The position numbers and the translations under genes are program-made. The notes below the pieces were generated by a model. The model did not search any database and was not told the origin of the DNA. It saw only the letters and a program-made list of their open reading frames with translations. Below, piece after piece: positions 18,127 through 28,753 of a DNA stretch of 33,071 bases (the stretch's first letter is position 1; each line of letters starts with the position of its first letter). Location of the stretch: NCBI GenBank assembly GCA_044359815.1, contig JBIKLL010000023.1, positions 1-33,071 on the forward strand, given 5' to 3'. Origin of the DNA: Pseudobdellovibrionaceae bacterium (lineage in GTDB: Bacteria > Bdellovibrionota > Bdellovibrionia > Bdellovibrionales > Bdellovibrionaceae).

Positions 18127-19261
18127 AATTTTATCCCTAATTTTTTTGTTATTTACCGGCACTGCAAACGCCAGCCTGACAATGCCTCGATCCGTTGAAT
18201 TTTCTTGCACTAAATGCCACTACAATACCTTGGGTGGCACTGGGCTGAATGATTTTGGCAGGTCTTATTTAAAAAACGAATTAAACGGTGAATGGTTCAG
18301 AACTTCTGAAAAGCCACCCAGGTTCGAAGGCAATTATTGGTGGATTTCACCGCAGGCTCACATTAGCGGAATCACAACGCGCAGAAATCCCAATGGCGAC
18401 AATGATAAAAACAAAGGTTTTTTGAAAAGGCTTGAAGCAACTCTGACCTATGGGGATATGTTTTCAAAATGGAATTTGGGATTTACCTATGGCCATTTGC
18501 CGACGTCAATGACTGTGGCTACGTTTTCCTTTGATCCCAGCTTCAAACAATATTACGTCAGATACGAATTGGATCTAGGATTTTGGGTGTACGCAGGCTT
18601 GTTGCCCAAGGTTTATGGCTTGCGCCTCAGCGATCACACGTCGTTAAGTCGCAACGGCTTGGGATTTACCCCCTATGGAAATTATGATTTTAATGAATCA
18701 GAGCAAATTATTTTTCATCAGCAAAAATTAAGTTCAGAATTTGCTTTAGCTGTTTTTCAGGGTCACCCACTGGAAGCCCCTAATCTGAGGCACAAGGGTG
18801 GATCACTGATGATTGAAAACTCTATTGCCGAATACACCAAAATTGGTTTGTCAGTTTTGAGTTCTAAAAACCAAATCGAAAAACGGGATTGGTACGCCTT
18901 TCACATGAGGACCCAGCTAAACGTAAAATCTGCTTTGTTGTTTGAACAGGGATGGATCACCAATTCTGCCAATACTTCGGAACTGGACGGCAGCTATTAT
19001 AAATATTTTGGTACCTACAGTTTCCTGAGTCTCAGCCAGCAGGTTTCAAAATCGACCTTTTGGATCAATCAGATCAGCAGAATCAGTGTGCAAAATAAAC
19101 CTGACATCCCTGAAGCCTGGAAGCTCAGCATCGGGTTGGATACTTATTTTGATGAAAGCGGTTCTTTGCAACTAAGAGCCTCAAATGATCGATCACTGAC
19201 CAAAGAACAAACATTTGCAGAAAGTTGGCTATTATATGTTATTACCAATTTCTACTATTAA
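18107..19261 (+). CDS. Putative monoheme cytochrome c-porin fusion (Cyc2-like N-terminus)
   Basis: Signal peptide, CTKCH at aa 34-38 followed by LNDFGRSY, then aromatic-rich beta strands ending ITNFYY. The start is uncertain and overlaps the end of valS. Confidence 0.6.
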   Translation: MSDCSLKILSLIFLLFTGTANASLTMPRSVEFSCTKCHYNTLGGTGLNDFGRSYLKNELNGEWFRTSEKPPRFEGNYWWISPQAHISGITTRRNPNGDNDKNKGFLKRLEATLTYGDMFSKWNLGFTYGHLPTSMTVATFSFDPSFKQYYVRYELDLGFWVYAGLLPKVYGLRLSDHTSLSRNGLGFTPYGNYDFNESEQIIFHQQKLSSEFALAVFQGHPLEAPNLRHKGGSLMIENSIAEYTKIGLSVLSSKNQIEKRDWYAFHMRTQLNVKSALLFEQGWITNSANTSELDGSYYKYFGTYSFLSLSQQVSKSTFWINQISRISVQNKPDIPEAWKLSIGLDTYFDESGSLQLRASNDRSLTKEQTFAESWLLYVITNFYY

Positions 19262-19937
19262 ATCCCTTATCCTTAAGGACTTGCGGAATCTGCAATCTGC
19301 ATCGAAAGTTGTTTTGGGTTTTGCTGTCACGAATCTGCAGTCTGCATCGAAAGTTGTTTTGGCCATTATGTTTTCGATTTGTTTAATTTCTGTGGGCGCT
19401 GGTGCCTGCGAAGACGGATCCAATGATTCTGATCATACAGATCATTCACACAATGCCTTGTCAGCCGGTGTGGCGTTTTTTAGCCAACATTTGGCGATTA
19501 AAAACGCCGGGGTCAGCGAACATTATCTGGCCAGTATGACAGGATATGAAATCGGATACGAATACCAGTTTTCAGACCTGAATTTAAAATTAGGAATATT
19601 GCATGGCCAAGGCAGTCTGGTGACCCGCTTCAGTTCATTGAGCTATTCGACCTTTGATTCAAAATGGCAAATCACTGCTATGCAATTTGCATTTAAATTG
19701 TGGCAAAACCAAAAAAACAAAATATATTTTTCAGTCACCCCTGGTGTTCAAAAAATTTCTTTAAGCCAACCACCCTTAAGCGAAGAGGATTTGGATCTGT
19801 CGAATCAACCTTTTCAACGTGTGGGATTAATTTACCGAGCTGAAATATCTGAATATCATTTTTTCGACTTCGAAATCGCCAACGTCAGCCCCTTTAACAA
19901 AGCCCTCTGGAAACTCCAGATGGGCCTGATGTTTTAG
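19215..19937 (+). CDS. Hypothetical small outer-membrane beta-barrel with His-rich N-terminus; start uncertain
   Basis: Hydrophobic signal-like stretch ending GAGAC, then DSDHTDHSH, amphipathic strands and a C-terminal LQMGLMF. The true start is probably downstream of 19261. Confidence 0.55.
   Translation: MQKVGYYMLLPISTIKSLILKDLRNLQSASKVVLGFAVTNLQSASKVVLAIMFSICLISVGAGACEDGSNDSDHTDHSHNALSAGVAFFSQHLAIKNAGVSEHYLASMTGYEIGYEYQFSDLNLKLGILHGQGSLVTRFSSLSYSTFDSKWQITAMQFAFKLWQNQKNKIYFSVTPGVQKISLSQPPLSEEDLDLSNQPFQRVGLIYRAEISEYHFFDFEIANVSPFNKALWKLQMGLMF
19286..19362. repeat. 32-bp direct repeat, 45-bp period
   Basis: GAATCTGCA(A/G)TCTGCATCGAAAGTTGTTTTGG at 19286-19317 and 19331-19362. It encodes [10 protein letters not shown] twice. 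Confidence 0.9.
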
Positions 19938-21754
19938 ATCTGATTCAGGTTTTCGTGGACTCCCAAAAACTGTATGGGCAAAGTATCATTAAATTTAGCA
20001 AAAAATTCTTTGTGGCTGGCAAATTCTGTTTGCCATTTTTTAGGATCCAAAACAATCGCCTTGTTAAATTGTTCGGGCGTAAAATTAATCCCCGACCAAT
20101 CTATGTCATGATAGCGCGGAACCAACCCTAAAAATGTTTTTGTACCACCGGCTTTGTTGTCGATGCGTTCAAACATCCATTTCAGCACACGGCTGTTTTC
20201 ACCATAGCCTGGCCATACAAATTTTCCGTTTTCGTCTTTGCGAAACCAATTGACGATAAAAATCTTAGGCAGCACCTGGGCCCTTGATTCAAAACTGAGC
20301 CAATGCGAATAATATTTTCCCATGTTGTAACCACAAAATGGCAACATCGCCATAGGATCACGCCTGACCTGACCGACGGCACCCGTTGCAGCAGCTGTGG
20401 TTTCAGATCCAATGGTCGCCGCAAAATAAACTCCAGCAGTCCAATTTTCAGGTTCAAAAACCAATGGGATTGTGTCGGCACGTCGACCACCAAAAATAAA
20501 TGCATTTACTGCTACGCCCTCGGGCTTTTCCCAAGCTGGATCAATCGATGGGCATTGGCTGGCGGGACTGGTGAACCGAGCATTAGGATGTGCAGCTGCT
20601 CTGCCGCAGCCTGGGGACCATTCTTGCCCCTGCCAATCGGTTAATCTGGCTGGTGGAATATCAGTCATGCCTTCCCACCAAACATCACCGTCTTCGGTCA
20701 ACCCAACGTTAGTAAAAATAGTGTTTTTCGACAGAGTCTTCATCGCATTAGGATTGGTTTTTACCGACGTACCAGGGGCGACTCCAAAAAATCCGTTTTC
20801 AGGATTGATGGCTCGCATTTCGCCAGCAGAATTTAATTTAATCCAGGCAATGTCATCACCAATGGTTGAAACCTTCCAACCGTCCAAACCAGCTGGAGGA
20901 ATCATCATTGCAAAATTGGTTTTACCACAAGCACTGGGGAAAGCCGCTGCCACGTATTTTTTGTTTTTATTGGGATTTTCCACACCTAAAATCAACATGT
21001 GTTCTGCAAGCCAGCCTTCTTGCTGACCGATGGCCGAAGCTATCCGAAGCGCAAAACATTTTTTACCCAACAGAGCATTGCCACCGTAGCCTGAACCATA
21101 GGACCAAATTTCCCGAGTCTCTGGGTAATGCACGATGTATTTATTTTCTTTGTTGCAAGGCCATTTCATATCAGCCTGTCCTGCTGCCAATGGAGCCCCT
21201 ACTGAATGCACGCATTTTACAAAATACGGTGATTGATCCAAATGCGAAATCACCTGTTTACCCATTCGGGTCATGATTCTCATGTTAACAACAACGTAGG
21301 GCGAATCTGTGATTTCAACACCGATTTGTGAAATCGGCGATCCCACAGGTCCCATGCTAAACGGAATCACATACATAGTTCGACCGCTCATGCAGCCCTT
21401 AAATAATCCACCCAATGTTTTTCGCATCTCGGTCGGATCCATCCAATTATTTGTCGGCCCTGCAAAGTCTTTTTTCTGGCTGCAGATAAAAGTTCTGTCT
21501 TCGACCCGTGCAACATCCGAAGGATCCGAACAGGCTAAATAAGAATTTGGCCGCTTAGCTGGATTGAGTTTTTTTAAAATCCCTGTTTCAACCATTTCGT
21601 TTAATAATCTTTGATTTTCTTCTTCGCTGCCATCGCACCAGTAAACAGATTTTGGTTCACACAAACTGGTCAGCTCATTAACCCATTTAATCAAATCAAT
21701 AGAATTTTTTGAATGCCCCAGCTGATAATTGACCGGCTGATTTTGTAAACTCAT
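19934..21754 (-). CDS. pckG: Phosphoenolpyruvate carboxykinase (GTP)
   Basis: [57 protein letters not shown] and AHPNARF motifs. Confidence 0.97.
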   Translation of the reverse strand: MSLQNQPVNYQLGHSKNSIDLIKWVNELTSLCEPKSVYWCDGSEEENQRLLNEMVETGILKKLNPAKRPNSYLACSDPSDVARVEDRTFICSQKKDFAGPTNNWMDPTEMRKTLGGLFKGCMSGRTMYVIPFSMGPVGSPISQIGVEITDSPYVVVNMRIMTRMGKQVISHLDQSPYFVKCVHSVGAPLAAGQADMKWPCNKENKYIVHYPETREIWSYGSGYGGNALLGKKCFALRIASAIGQQEGWLAEHMLILGVENPNKNKKYVAAAFPSACGKTNFAMMIPPAGLDGWKVSTIGDDIAWIKLNSAGEMRAINPENGFFGVAPGTSVKTNPNAMKTLSKNTIFTNVGLTEDGDVWWEGMTDIPPARLTDWQGQEWSPGCGRAAAHPNARFTSPASQCPSIDPAWEKPEGVAVNAFIFGGRRADTIPLVFEPENWTAGVYFAATIGSETTAAATGAVGQVRRDPMAMLPFCGYNMGKYYSHWLSFESRAQVLPKIFIVNWFRKDENGKFVWPGYGENSRVLKWMFERIDNKAGGTKTFLGLVPRYHDIDWSGINFTPEQFNKAIVLDPKKWQTEFASHKEFFAKFNDTLPIQFLGVHENLNQI

Positions 21755-21822
21755 TTTATCCCCTTAGCTGCAATAGCTCAAAAAAATGATTTTTAAATTC
21801 CTAATATTAAATTGGTACAACA

Positions 21823-22560
21823 TTACCTCATGCACTGACAACTAGAACGATCCAAGATATTACCGCACCGAAAAAACCTGTCCCCACGAACAAATTCGAC
21901 TTCAGACAGCTGTCCGTTGCGCTCGATATAATCCAATCTTTCGCCGCCCTGAAATGTCACAAATCCAGCTCTTTCTGAACCGGTAACATTGCCTTCTGAC
22001 AGCAATTTATCGATAACTTCTTGACTGGGATTGATTGATTTATCCGCATCGATAACGATGGGCACTGGCGCGCCTTCTTCGGCGATTTCAATGCCCTCAA
22101 TTTCTTTAAATAGGGCTCCATCAAAATCAATTTTTTCGTCTAATCTGTAACGTCGTTCTTTGCCATTTGGGGTTTTTATGACCCATGATTGCCATTTATT
22201 ATTTTGTGCTCCCGGCCCCAAGTCGCTTTGAAATTGCAATACCACAGTTTGCAAATCCACAGCCACGTCAGCTTGAGCTTCTGGAGCTTTAATTTCCAAA
22301 CACTGACCCATGTCCTCGACGACCATGGCAAAAATCCTTTTAGCTTCAGAATCCTGAACCGTTTTGTCAGGCCCCATATTCAGCACAGGTTCAGTTTTTT
22401 CGGATTCGTCCTGCCCCAGATTTTCTTGATTGACTGTTTGTTCTTCGGATTCTTCACTGGCAACAGTTTCAGATGGAGCATTATCCCTTGAGCAATAATA
22501 CCCAAAGCCTATTAACAAAACTGCTACTGCTAAAATGATCAGATTTCTTTTTGATCCCAA
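21823..22560 (-). CDS. Hypothetical membrane-anchored acidic protein
   Basis: 245 aa with an N-terminal TM, an acidic linker and a Cys-rich C-terminus (CGNILDRSSCQC). Co-oriented and closely spaced with its neighbours. Confidence 0.7.
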   Translation of the reverse strand: MGSKRNLIILAVAVLLIGFGYYCSRDNAPSETVASEESEEQTVNQENLGQDESEKTEPVLNMGPDKTVQDSEAKRIFAMVVEDMGQCLEIKAPEAQADVAVDLQTVVLQFQSDLGPGAQNNKWQSWVIKTPNGKERRYRLDEKIDFDGALFKEIEGIEIAEEGAPVPIVIDADKSINPSQEVIDKLLSEGNVTGSERAGFVTFQGGERLDYIERNGQLSEVEFVRGDRFFRCGNILDRSSCQCMR

Positions 22561-22571
22561 GGATCAAAATA

Positions 22572-23555
22572 CTACTTTAACAACCCTATTTCGCGCAATC
22601 TTTGCATTAAAAAATCATGGGATGAAATGTCCTGATATTTCGCACCTGCTCCCTTACAACTGGGTATGCACGACAACAGAGCTTCTGGGTGTGGATGCAT
22701 AAAAAATGGCATCGAATACCTGTGACTGTGCGTGGCTTCAGGCGAATTGATCACTTGATGAGTGGTCGATGGAATCACATCGTTGCAAATCCGCGACAGC
22801 ATATCCCCTGCATCCACAATCAGCGTACCTGGTTCGGCATTGACATCCAGCCATTGACCATCGCGGTCTTTAAGCTGCAATCCTGACGCTGTGGCTGCTG
22901 GCAAAATAGTGATCAGATTTATATCTTCATGTGGAGCCGCTCGTAAACAACGCGGATCCGCTCCTTCTGGAATCGGTGGATAATGCAGCAGCCTCAAGAT
23001 TGAATTTCCATCCGAGACCATGTTTTCAAAATAATCATTAGGCACATCCAACGGGAAGGTCAGCGCTTGCAACATGCTTTTGCCAGCTGCTTCCAATGCA
23101 AAATACAATTCAGAAAATACTTTTTGAAATTCTGCAATCTCCTGCGGCCAAACATTGTCAGGATAATAGGGTTTCAGCCTGTGACCGGCAGAAACCTCAC
23201 GGCCCACATGCCAAAATTCTTTTAAATCCATAACTGGATGATCTTTGGCGTGCTCTTGTCCAAAAGGCGTGTAACCCCTTTGGCCGCCATGGACACCTGA
23301 ATATCTGAGTTTTGTTTCAGTTGGTAAATTAAAAAACTGCTCAGAAACTTGGTAAGCGGTCGTTAGCAAATTTTCAGTGACGTCGTGATCCTTTAAAATC
23401 ACAAAACCAAAATCACGAATGCCTCGGTACAAATGATCAATAAATTTGATTTGGTCGTACTCGGCGCCTTCTGTAAAACTCTTTAAACTGATTGTTGGCA
23501 CCTGTCGCAGATTAGACAAAGTACTCCGTTCGACAACGACTTCTAGTTCCATCAC
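22572..23555 (-). CDS. 2-oxoglutarate/Fe(II)-dependent dioxygenase, isopenicillin N synthase-like family
   Basis: LRLLHYP, HED...H facial triad (APHEDI, STTHQV) and RYS 2OG-binding motif. GGGGG RBS upstream. Confidence 0.92.
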   Translation of the reverse strand: MMELEVVVERSTLSNLRQVPTISLKSFTEGAEYDQIKFIDHLYRGIRDFGFVILKDHDVTENLLTTAYQVSEQFFNLPTETKLRYSGVHGGQRGYTPFGQEHAKDHPVMDLKEFWHVGREVSAGHRLKPYYPDNVWPQEIAEFQKVFSELYFALEAAGKSMLQALTFPLDVPNDYFENMVSDGNSILRLLHYPPIPEGADPRCLRAAPHEDINLITILPAATASGLQLKDRDGQWLDVNAEPGTLIVDAGDMLSRICNDVIPSTTHQVINSPEATHSHRYSMPFFMHPHPEALLSCIPSCKGAGAKYQDISSHDFLMQRLREIGLLK

Positions 23556-23609
23556 ACACCCCCCTCAGGCTGTCATTATTTAACACCAGATTTTTAGACC
23601 CAAATCAAA

Positions 23610-24323
23610 TCAAATTTTGATCAGATCTGTGACCAATATTCTGGTGTCATCTAGCACCTTAAAATGCACATCAAAATTATCCACAAATATTGCATGTTTA
23701 TCCCGATATTGAGGCTTGTTTTGCCGGTACACCAAGGGCCTTGGATCACGCTTCAGCGTGCCTTCGATCAGATCCTTCAGGGAGCCGCAGTCAAGATCCT
23801 GTATTGCCTTTTGAGCCTTTAGGTCCCACTCAACCTGCAACTGCAAATCAGCACTGTTTTGGCTCCACCCGCTTTGTGCATCGACGATAGCTTCGGTTTG
23901 CACCAAATAAGGTTTCAAATCAAAAATCGGCGTGCCTTCGATAAAATCAACACCCGAAATATGCAGCTGATTGTTTTCGATTTTTTCAAGTTTCACCAGC
24001 GACAGTCCTAAGGGGTTGGGCCGATTTGGTGATCTGGTGGCAAAAACCCCCATGGTCTTACCCTCAAGCCTTGGCGGATGAACCTTGGCGTGAAACCTGG
24101 AGTTTTCTGATTTATGAAACCAAAAAATCACCCAAATATGCGAACAATCCTGAAGCCCCTGCAGCGAAAACTGGGGTTGAAATTCCGGAAGCAATTCAAT
24201 CACGGCAAAAGACTGCGGCACTAATCCTGATTGTCTGGGAGTGCCAAATTTCTGTTTATAGCAAGAGCGCACAAACCCAATGGGATTGATTTCTAATTTT
24301 TGAAATTCATTATTATTGACCAT
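23610..24323 (-). CDS. trmO: tRNA m6t6A37 methyltransferase TrmO (TsaA/YaeB)
   Basis: KFGTPRQSGLV, SHIWVIFWFH, GVFATRSPNRPNPLGLS, GTPIFDLKPY and DPRP motifs. Confidence 0.93.
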   Translation of the reverse strand: MVNNNEFQKLEINPIGFVRSCYKQKFGTPRQSGLVPQSFAVIELLPEFQPQFSLQGLQDCSHIWVIFWFHKSENSRFHAKVHPPRLEGKTMGVFATRSPNRPNPLGLSLVKLEKIENNQLHISGVDFIEGTPIFDLKPYLVQTEAIVDAQSGWSQNSADLQLQVEWDLKAQKAIQDLDCGSLKDLIEGTLKRDPRPLVYRQNKPQYRDKHAIFVDNFDVHFKVLDDTRILVTDLIKI

Positions 24324-24353
24324 AAAGCTTAGCGACTTATATGGTTCATAGTT

Positions 24354-25334
24354 ATGGCAATGATCAAGATTATTGTATTGTGTATGACAATTTTAACCAG
24401 TGCTGTTGGCTATGGTGGTTTTAAGGTCGGCTTGGTCTTGGACCGCGCAGGTAAAGACGACAAATCTTTTAATGAAGCCGCCTTCAAAGGCGCCACCAAA
24501 GCTGAAAAAGAACTGGGCATAGAACTTAAATACGTCGAAGCCCCAGATTTGGCGGCCTTTGAATCATTGCACAGATCCTTGGCTGCAAAAAAGTTTGATC
24601 TGATTATTGGTATTGGATTTTCGCAATTAGATGCGGTCAAAAAAGTCTCTGCACAAAATCCAGCAATAAAATACGCCATCGTTGATGGCGAAATTAAATC
24701 CGCAAATGTTAGATCATTGTTGTTCGAGGAACACGAAGGTTCATTCTTGGTGGGCGCAGCCGCAGCCCTGAAATCTAAAACTAACAAAGTGGGCTTTATC
24801 GGTGGGATGGATATCCCGTTGATCCGCCGTTTTGAAAAGGGTTTTGCGGCAGGGGCCAAACACATTAATAAATCAATCAATGTCCAGGTTAATTACATCG
24901 GCATCACAGCTGAAGCTTTTAACAATCCCACCAGGGCCAAAGAACTGGCGCTGTCACAATTAAATTCTGGAGTGGATGTGATTTTCGTAGCTGCGGGATC
25001 CTCGGGCTCGGGAGTGTTTGATGCTGCCGAGGAAAAAAAGTCCTTTGCCATCGGGGTTGATTCAAACCAAAACTGGATGAAACCTGGGATTATTTTGACC
25101 AGCATGCTTAAGCGCGTGGACATTGCTGTTTTTGATACTATCAAGGAAGCTCAGGCCGGAAAATTTTCAGCAGGTGTGTACCGATTTGGATTGTCCAACA
25201 AGGGCGTTGACTACGCCGTTGATCAGCACAATGAAAAAGTTTTGAACCCTGAAATTCAAAAAAAGCTGGAAGCTGTAAAGTCCGAAATCATCGCGGGTAA
25301 AATCTCTGTCCCCGATTACTACAAACAAAAATGA
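24354..25334 (+). CDS. BMP-family ABC transporter substrate-binding protein (purine nucleoside type)
   Basis: DKSFNEAA, EHEGSFLVG, KVGFIGG, AIGVDSNQ and TSMLKRVD motifs. Sec signal without a lipobox. Confidence 0.92.
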   Translation: MAMIKIIVLCMTILTSAVGYGGFKVGLVLDRAGKDDKSFNEAAFKGATKAEKELGIELKYVEAPDLAAFESLHRSLAAKKFDLIIGIGFSQLDAVKKVSAQNPAIKYAIVDGEIKSANVRSLLFEEHEGSFLVGAAAALKSKTNKVGFIGGMDIPLIRRFEKGFAAGAKHINKSINVQVNYIGITAEAFNNPTRAKELALSQLNSGVDVIFVAAGSSGSGVFDAAEEKKSFAIGVDSNQNWMKPGIILTSMLKRVDIAVFDTIKEAQAGKFSAGVYRFGLSNKGVDYAVDQHNEKVLNPEIQKKLEAVKSEIIAGKISVPDYYKQK

Positions 25335-26869
25335 GCTCTGCTGATTTTTTGCAGTTTAATGCCATTACCAAAAGTTTTGGGAATTTTGTCGCCAACAGCA
25401 GTGTTTCGTTTACGGTTAAAAAAGGCTCTATCCACGGCTTGGTGGGCGAAAACGGCGCTGGCAAATCCACACTGATGAACATTTTGTTTGGCCGTTTGAT
25501 CGCTGATTCAGGACACATTTCGATCAACGGTAAAAACGTTAAAATAAAATCCTCGGCCCAAGCCCGTAAGCTTGAAATCGGTATGGTTCATCAGCATTTC
25601 AATCTGGCGGATAGTTTAACCCCGCTAGATCATTTGGTGATGTCTGAGGGTTCAAAATTTCTGTCAGGGTTTACATTTATCAATGAAAAATCAAAACTGG
25701 CTGAAGCCGAAGCCTTATCTAAAAAATATTCTTTGCCCATGCGATGGGAAGTCCCCATAAAATTTCATTCTGTCGAATCACAGCAGCGCTTGGAGCTATT
25801 AAAGATTTTGCATCAGGGTGCTCAGATTTTAATTTTGGATGAACCCACAGCCGTGTTGTCACCAGGGGCTACGGACAGTTTTTTAAATAATTTAAAAGCC
25901 CTGAGGGATCTGGGTAAAACCATAATTTTTATTTCGCACAAATTGCCCGAGGTTTTAAAAATCTGCGATCACATCACAGTGCTCAGAAAGGGCGAATGCG
26001 TTGGCAGTTTTGAAAACACAAACTTGAGCCCACAGGCACTGGCAAAAATAATTGTGGGCAAGGACCTGCCAGAAATCACAAATCAAACTAGGGTTCCTGA
26101 AACTGAAACAAAAATGGTTCAGTTTACCGATGTCAGTTTGTCAGCTGATGGCAGAAGGCTTTTGGACAAATTGTCGTTCACCCTACATAAAAATGAAATC
26201 TTAGGTGTCGCTGGTGTCGAGGGCAATGGCCAATCACAAATGGTGGATCTGCTGGTTGGCAGTCACAGCAATTACAATTTAAATTATCAGGGCGAAATCA
26301 GTTTGATGGGAAAGCTCCTGAACCGATCTCGTAAAAAGTCCTATTCCAGTTTGGGATTGGGTTTAATCCCCATGGACAGAATCCATCAGGGATTGTTTGG
26401 TCATATGGGTTTAGCAGAAAATTTTATTTTTTCATCCCACGGGTCTGAAAAATGGTTTCGTTGGGGGATATTGCAAACCAAGGGACTCAAATTAGCCTTG
26501 CAGGAAATGATGGATTTTTTCAAAGTCCGCATCCCAGGTTTGCAGTGTCAGTTGTTGGATTTATCCGGCGGCAATCAGCAAAAATTTGTGGTGGGTCGCG
26601 AACTGCGATCCGAACCTGCAGTTTTAATTGCCTGTCATCCATCCCGCGGTGTTGATATAGGAGCAAAATCATTAATCCATTCGCAATTGTTAGAACTGAA
26701 AAGCCGCGACAGTTCGGTGATTTTAGTGTCGTCTGATTTAGATGAATTATTTAATCTGTCTGACCGGATTCTGGTTTTTTACCGGGGCAAGGTCGCCGGG
26801 GTTGTCAGCAAACCTTTTACTGACAAAGCTCATGTCGGATCATTGATGACAGGTGGTAAATCAGTATGA
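25331..26869 (+). CDS. Nucleoside/sugar (CUT2) ABC transporter ATPase, two NBDs
   Basis: GENGAGKST, GMVHQHF, ILDEPT, GVEGNGQ, LSGGNQQK and RGVDIGA motifs. Confidence 0.93.
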   Translation: MSSADFLQFNAITKSFGNFVANSSVSFTVKKGSIHGLVGENGAGKSTLMNILFGRLIADSGHISINGKNVKIKSSAQARKLEIGMVHQHFNLADSLTPLDHLVMSEGSKFLSGFTFINEKSKLAEAEALSKKYSLPMRWEVPIKFHSVESQQRLELLKILHQGAQILILDEPTAVLSPGATDSFLNNLKALRDLGKTIIFISHKLPEVLKICDHITVLRKGECVGSFENTNLSPQALAKIIVGKDLPEITNQTRVPETETKMVQFTDVSLSADGRRLLDKLSFTLHKNEILGVAGVEGNGQSQMVDLLVGSHSNYNLNYQGEISLMGKLLNRSRKKSYSSLGLGLIPMDRIHQGLFGHMGLAENFIFSSHGSEKWFRWGILQTKGLKLALQEMMDFFKVRIPGLQCQLLDLSGGNQQKFVVGRELRSEPAVLIACHPSRGVDIGAKSLIHSQLLELKSRDSSVILVSSDLDELFNLSDRILVFYRGKVAGVVSKPFTDKAHVGSLMTGGKSV

Positions 26870-27891
26870 AATCCCTGGTTGGTTTGGTTTTTGGATTTAT
26901 TATTTCCCTGATTCTGGTGCAGCTAATTGGCGAAAGCCCAGCGCACATTTTGCGAGTTATGTACAACAGTGCCTTTGGCAGCCCCTATGATTTGGGACAG
27001 ACTTTGTATTACACGACCTCGCTGATTTTTGCGGGCTTAGCAGTTGCAATTGCCTTTCATGCAGGGCTTTTTAATATCGGTGCTGATGGACAAATCACAG
27101 TGGCTTGTTTTTCAGTCGCCGCTGTGGCCCTGATGTTTCCGTCGTTAGGTGGTAACGGAGGACAATTAGTTTTGCTGATTGTTGCGATGTTTGCAGGATT
27201 AATGTGGGCTTTAATCCCTGCTGTGCTGAAGGTCTATCGATCCAGTCACGAGGTCATCACAACCATGATGATGAACTTTGTAGCCTACGCAGTGACAGGC
27301 TATTTTACCCTGAATCATTTTAAAAATCCTGATTCGCAAAACCCCGAAACTTCGCCAATCAATGAACACCTGTGGATTGGCAGATTTAATTTTGATGGCA
27401 TCCAGGATTCGTTTTTAAATAAATCTTTGTTTTTAGCGCTGCTGGCAGCGATTTGCTGTTATTTGTTTTTGTACAAAACTAAATGGGGATTTTTTATCAG
27501 ATCCACAGGATCCAATCCCCTGGCCGCACAGTACGCAGGGATGCCCAAAAATAGAATTTTACTGATAGCTTTTTTGTTGTCTGGAATGCTGGCTGCCATG
27601 GCATCGATGAACGAAGTCACCGGGGCCCACAATAAATTTATCATCGGTATGACAGCTGAAATTGGTTTTGTTGGGATTGCTGTTGCCATGCTGGCACAAA
27701 ACAATCCCCTTGGAATAATCCCCGCTGCGTTTTTGTTTGCTTTTTTAACCAAGGGCGCCAGCGATTTGGATCTGGAAACTCAATTAATCAGTCGTGATTT
27801 TGCCAAGATTTTACAGGGGATTATTATTTTAAGCGTTGTGGGATTTCAGTTTATAAAATTTGATTTTTTAAAAAGGGCTCGCAATGGATAA
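26866..27891 (+). CDS. Nucleoside ABC transporter permease
   Basis: AGLFNIGADGQ, HEVITTMMMN and GFVGIAVAMLAQNNP motifs. ATGA overlap with the ATPase gene. Confidence 0.92.
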   Translation: MKSLVGLVFGFIISLILVQLIGESPAHILRVMYNSAFGSPYDLGQTLYYTTSLIFAGLAVAIAFHAGLFNIGADGQITVACFSVAAVALMFPSLGGNGGQLVLLIVAMFAGLMWALIPAVLKVYRSSHEVITTMMMNFVAYAVTGYFTLNHFKNPDSQNPETSPINEHLWIGRFNFDGIQDSFLNKSLFLALLAAICCYLFLYKTKWGFFIRSTGSNPLAAQYAGMPKNRILLIAFLLSGMLAAMASMNEVTGAHNKFIIGMTAEIGFVGIAVAMLAQNNPLGIIPAAFLFAFLTKGASDLDLETQLISRDFAKILQGIIILSVVGFQFIKFDFLKRARNG

Positions 27892-28747
27892 TTTTTTGGA
27901 TCAAGCCTTTTTAATCAGCGTGATCAGATTGTCGACGCCGTTGATTTTTGCAAGCCTGGGCGGATTGTTTGCCGAACGCAGTGGGATTGTGCAGTTGGCA
28001 TTAGAAGGCTTGATGTTAATAGGGGCCTTTGTAGCAGCCGTAGTAACACTGAAATTTCAAAACCCTTGGTTGGGATTTTTAACTGCCGGTTTTGCCTGCG
28101 GCATCGTTGGTATTATCCAATGGTTTTTTTCGGACAAACTGAAGGCCAATCAAATTGTCCTGGGCACAGGTATAAATATTTTGGCATTTGGGTTAGTACC
28201 TGTTTTATGCAAGGCCTTGTTTGGCTCAACTGCGGGAACTCCAGCAATCGATCTGCAGTTCAGATTTACCGGTGAACCAATTTATCTGATGGTTGGGATT
28301 TTTGTGGTGATCGCAATTTGGTTTAATTATTTCAGATCCGGTTTGTGGTTGCAGTTTTGTGGGGAAAATCCATCGATCCTGGATTCTGCAGGGATTTCCA
28401 GTTCAAAATTTAGAATGAAAATGATGTTTATATCAGGTGCCTTGGCAGGATTTGCCGGAGCCAGTTTATCGATCTTTCTGAGCTCAAGCTACAGCAATCA
28501 AATCACTGCGGGTCGCGGATTTATTGCACTGGCTGCGTTGATTTTTGGTGGCTGGAAACCTGTTGAGACCTTTTTTGCATGTTTGCTGTTTGCTGTCGCT
28601 GATGCTGTTCAGATCCAGCTGCAGGGTCACAGCAGCTTTATCCCAGTGCAGTTTATACAGATACTGCCTTATGTGATTACGATTGCTGCTATCGCGATTG
28701 TGGGCCAACAATCGAACGCCCCCAAATCGCTGGGCCAAGCCAAATAA
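27884..28747 (+). CDS. Nucleoside ABC transporter permease
   Basis: ERSGIVQLALEG, GENP, GRGFIALAALIFGGWKP and LPYVIT motifs. Confidence 0.92.
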   Translation: MDNFLDQAFLISVIRLSTPLIFASLGGLFAERSGIVQLALEGLMLIGAFVAAVVTLKFQNPWLGFLTAGFACGIVGIIQWFFSDKLKANQIVLGTGINILAFGLVPVLCKALFGSTAGTPAIDLQFRFTGEPIYLMVGIFVVIAIWFNYFRSGLWLQFCGENPSILDSAGISSSKFRMKMMFISGALAGFAGASLSIFLSSSYSNQITAGRGFIALAALIFGGWKPVETFFACLLFAVADAVQIQLQGHSSFIPVQFIQILPYVITIAAIAIVGQQSNAPKSLGQAK

Positions 28748-28753
28748 TCTTGC

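Noticed and set aside
20472..21026. 184-aa plus-strand ORF and the other short ORFs nested in or antisense to genes
   Set aside because: These are shadow ORFs of well-supported genes (pckG, valS, BMP, tadC etc.) with no recognisable motifs.
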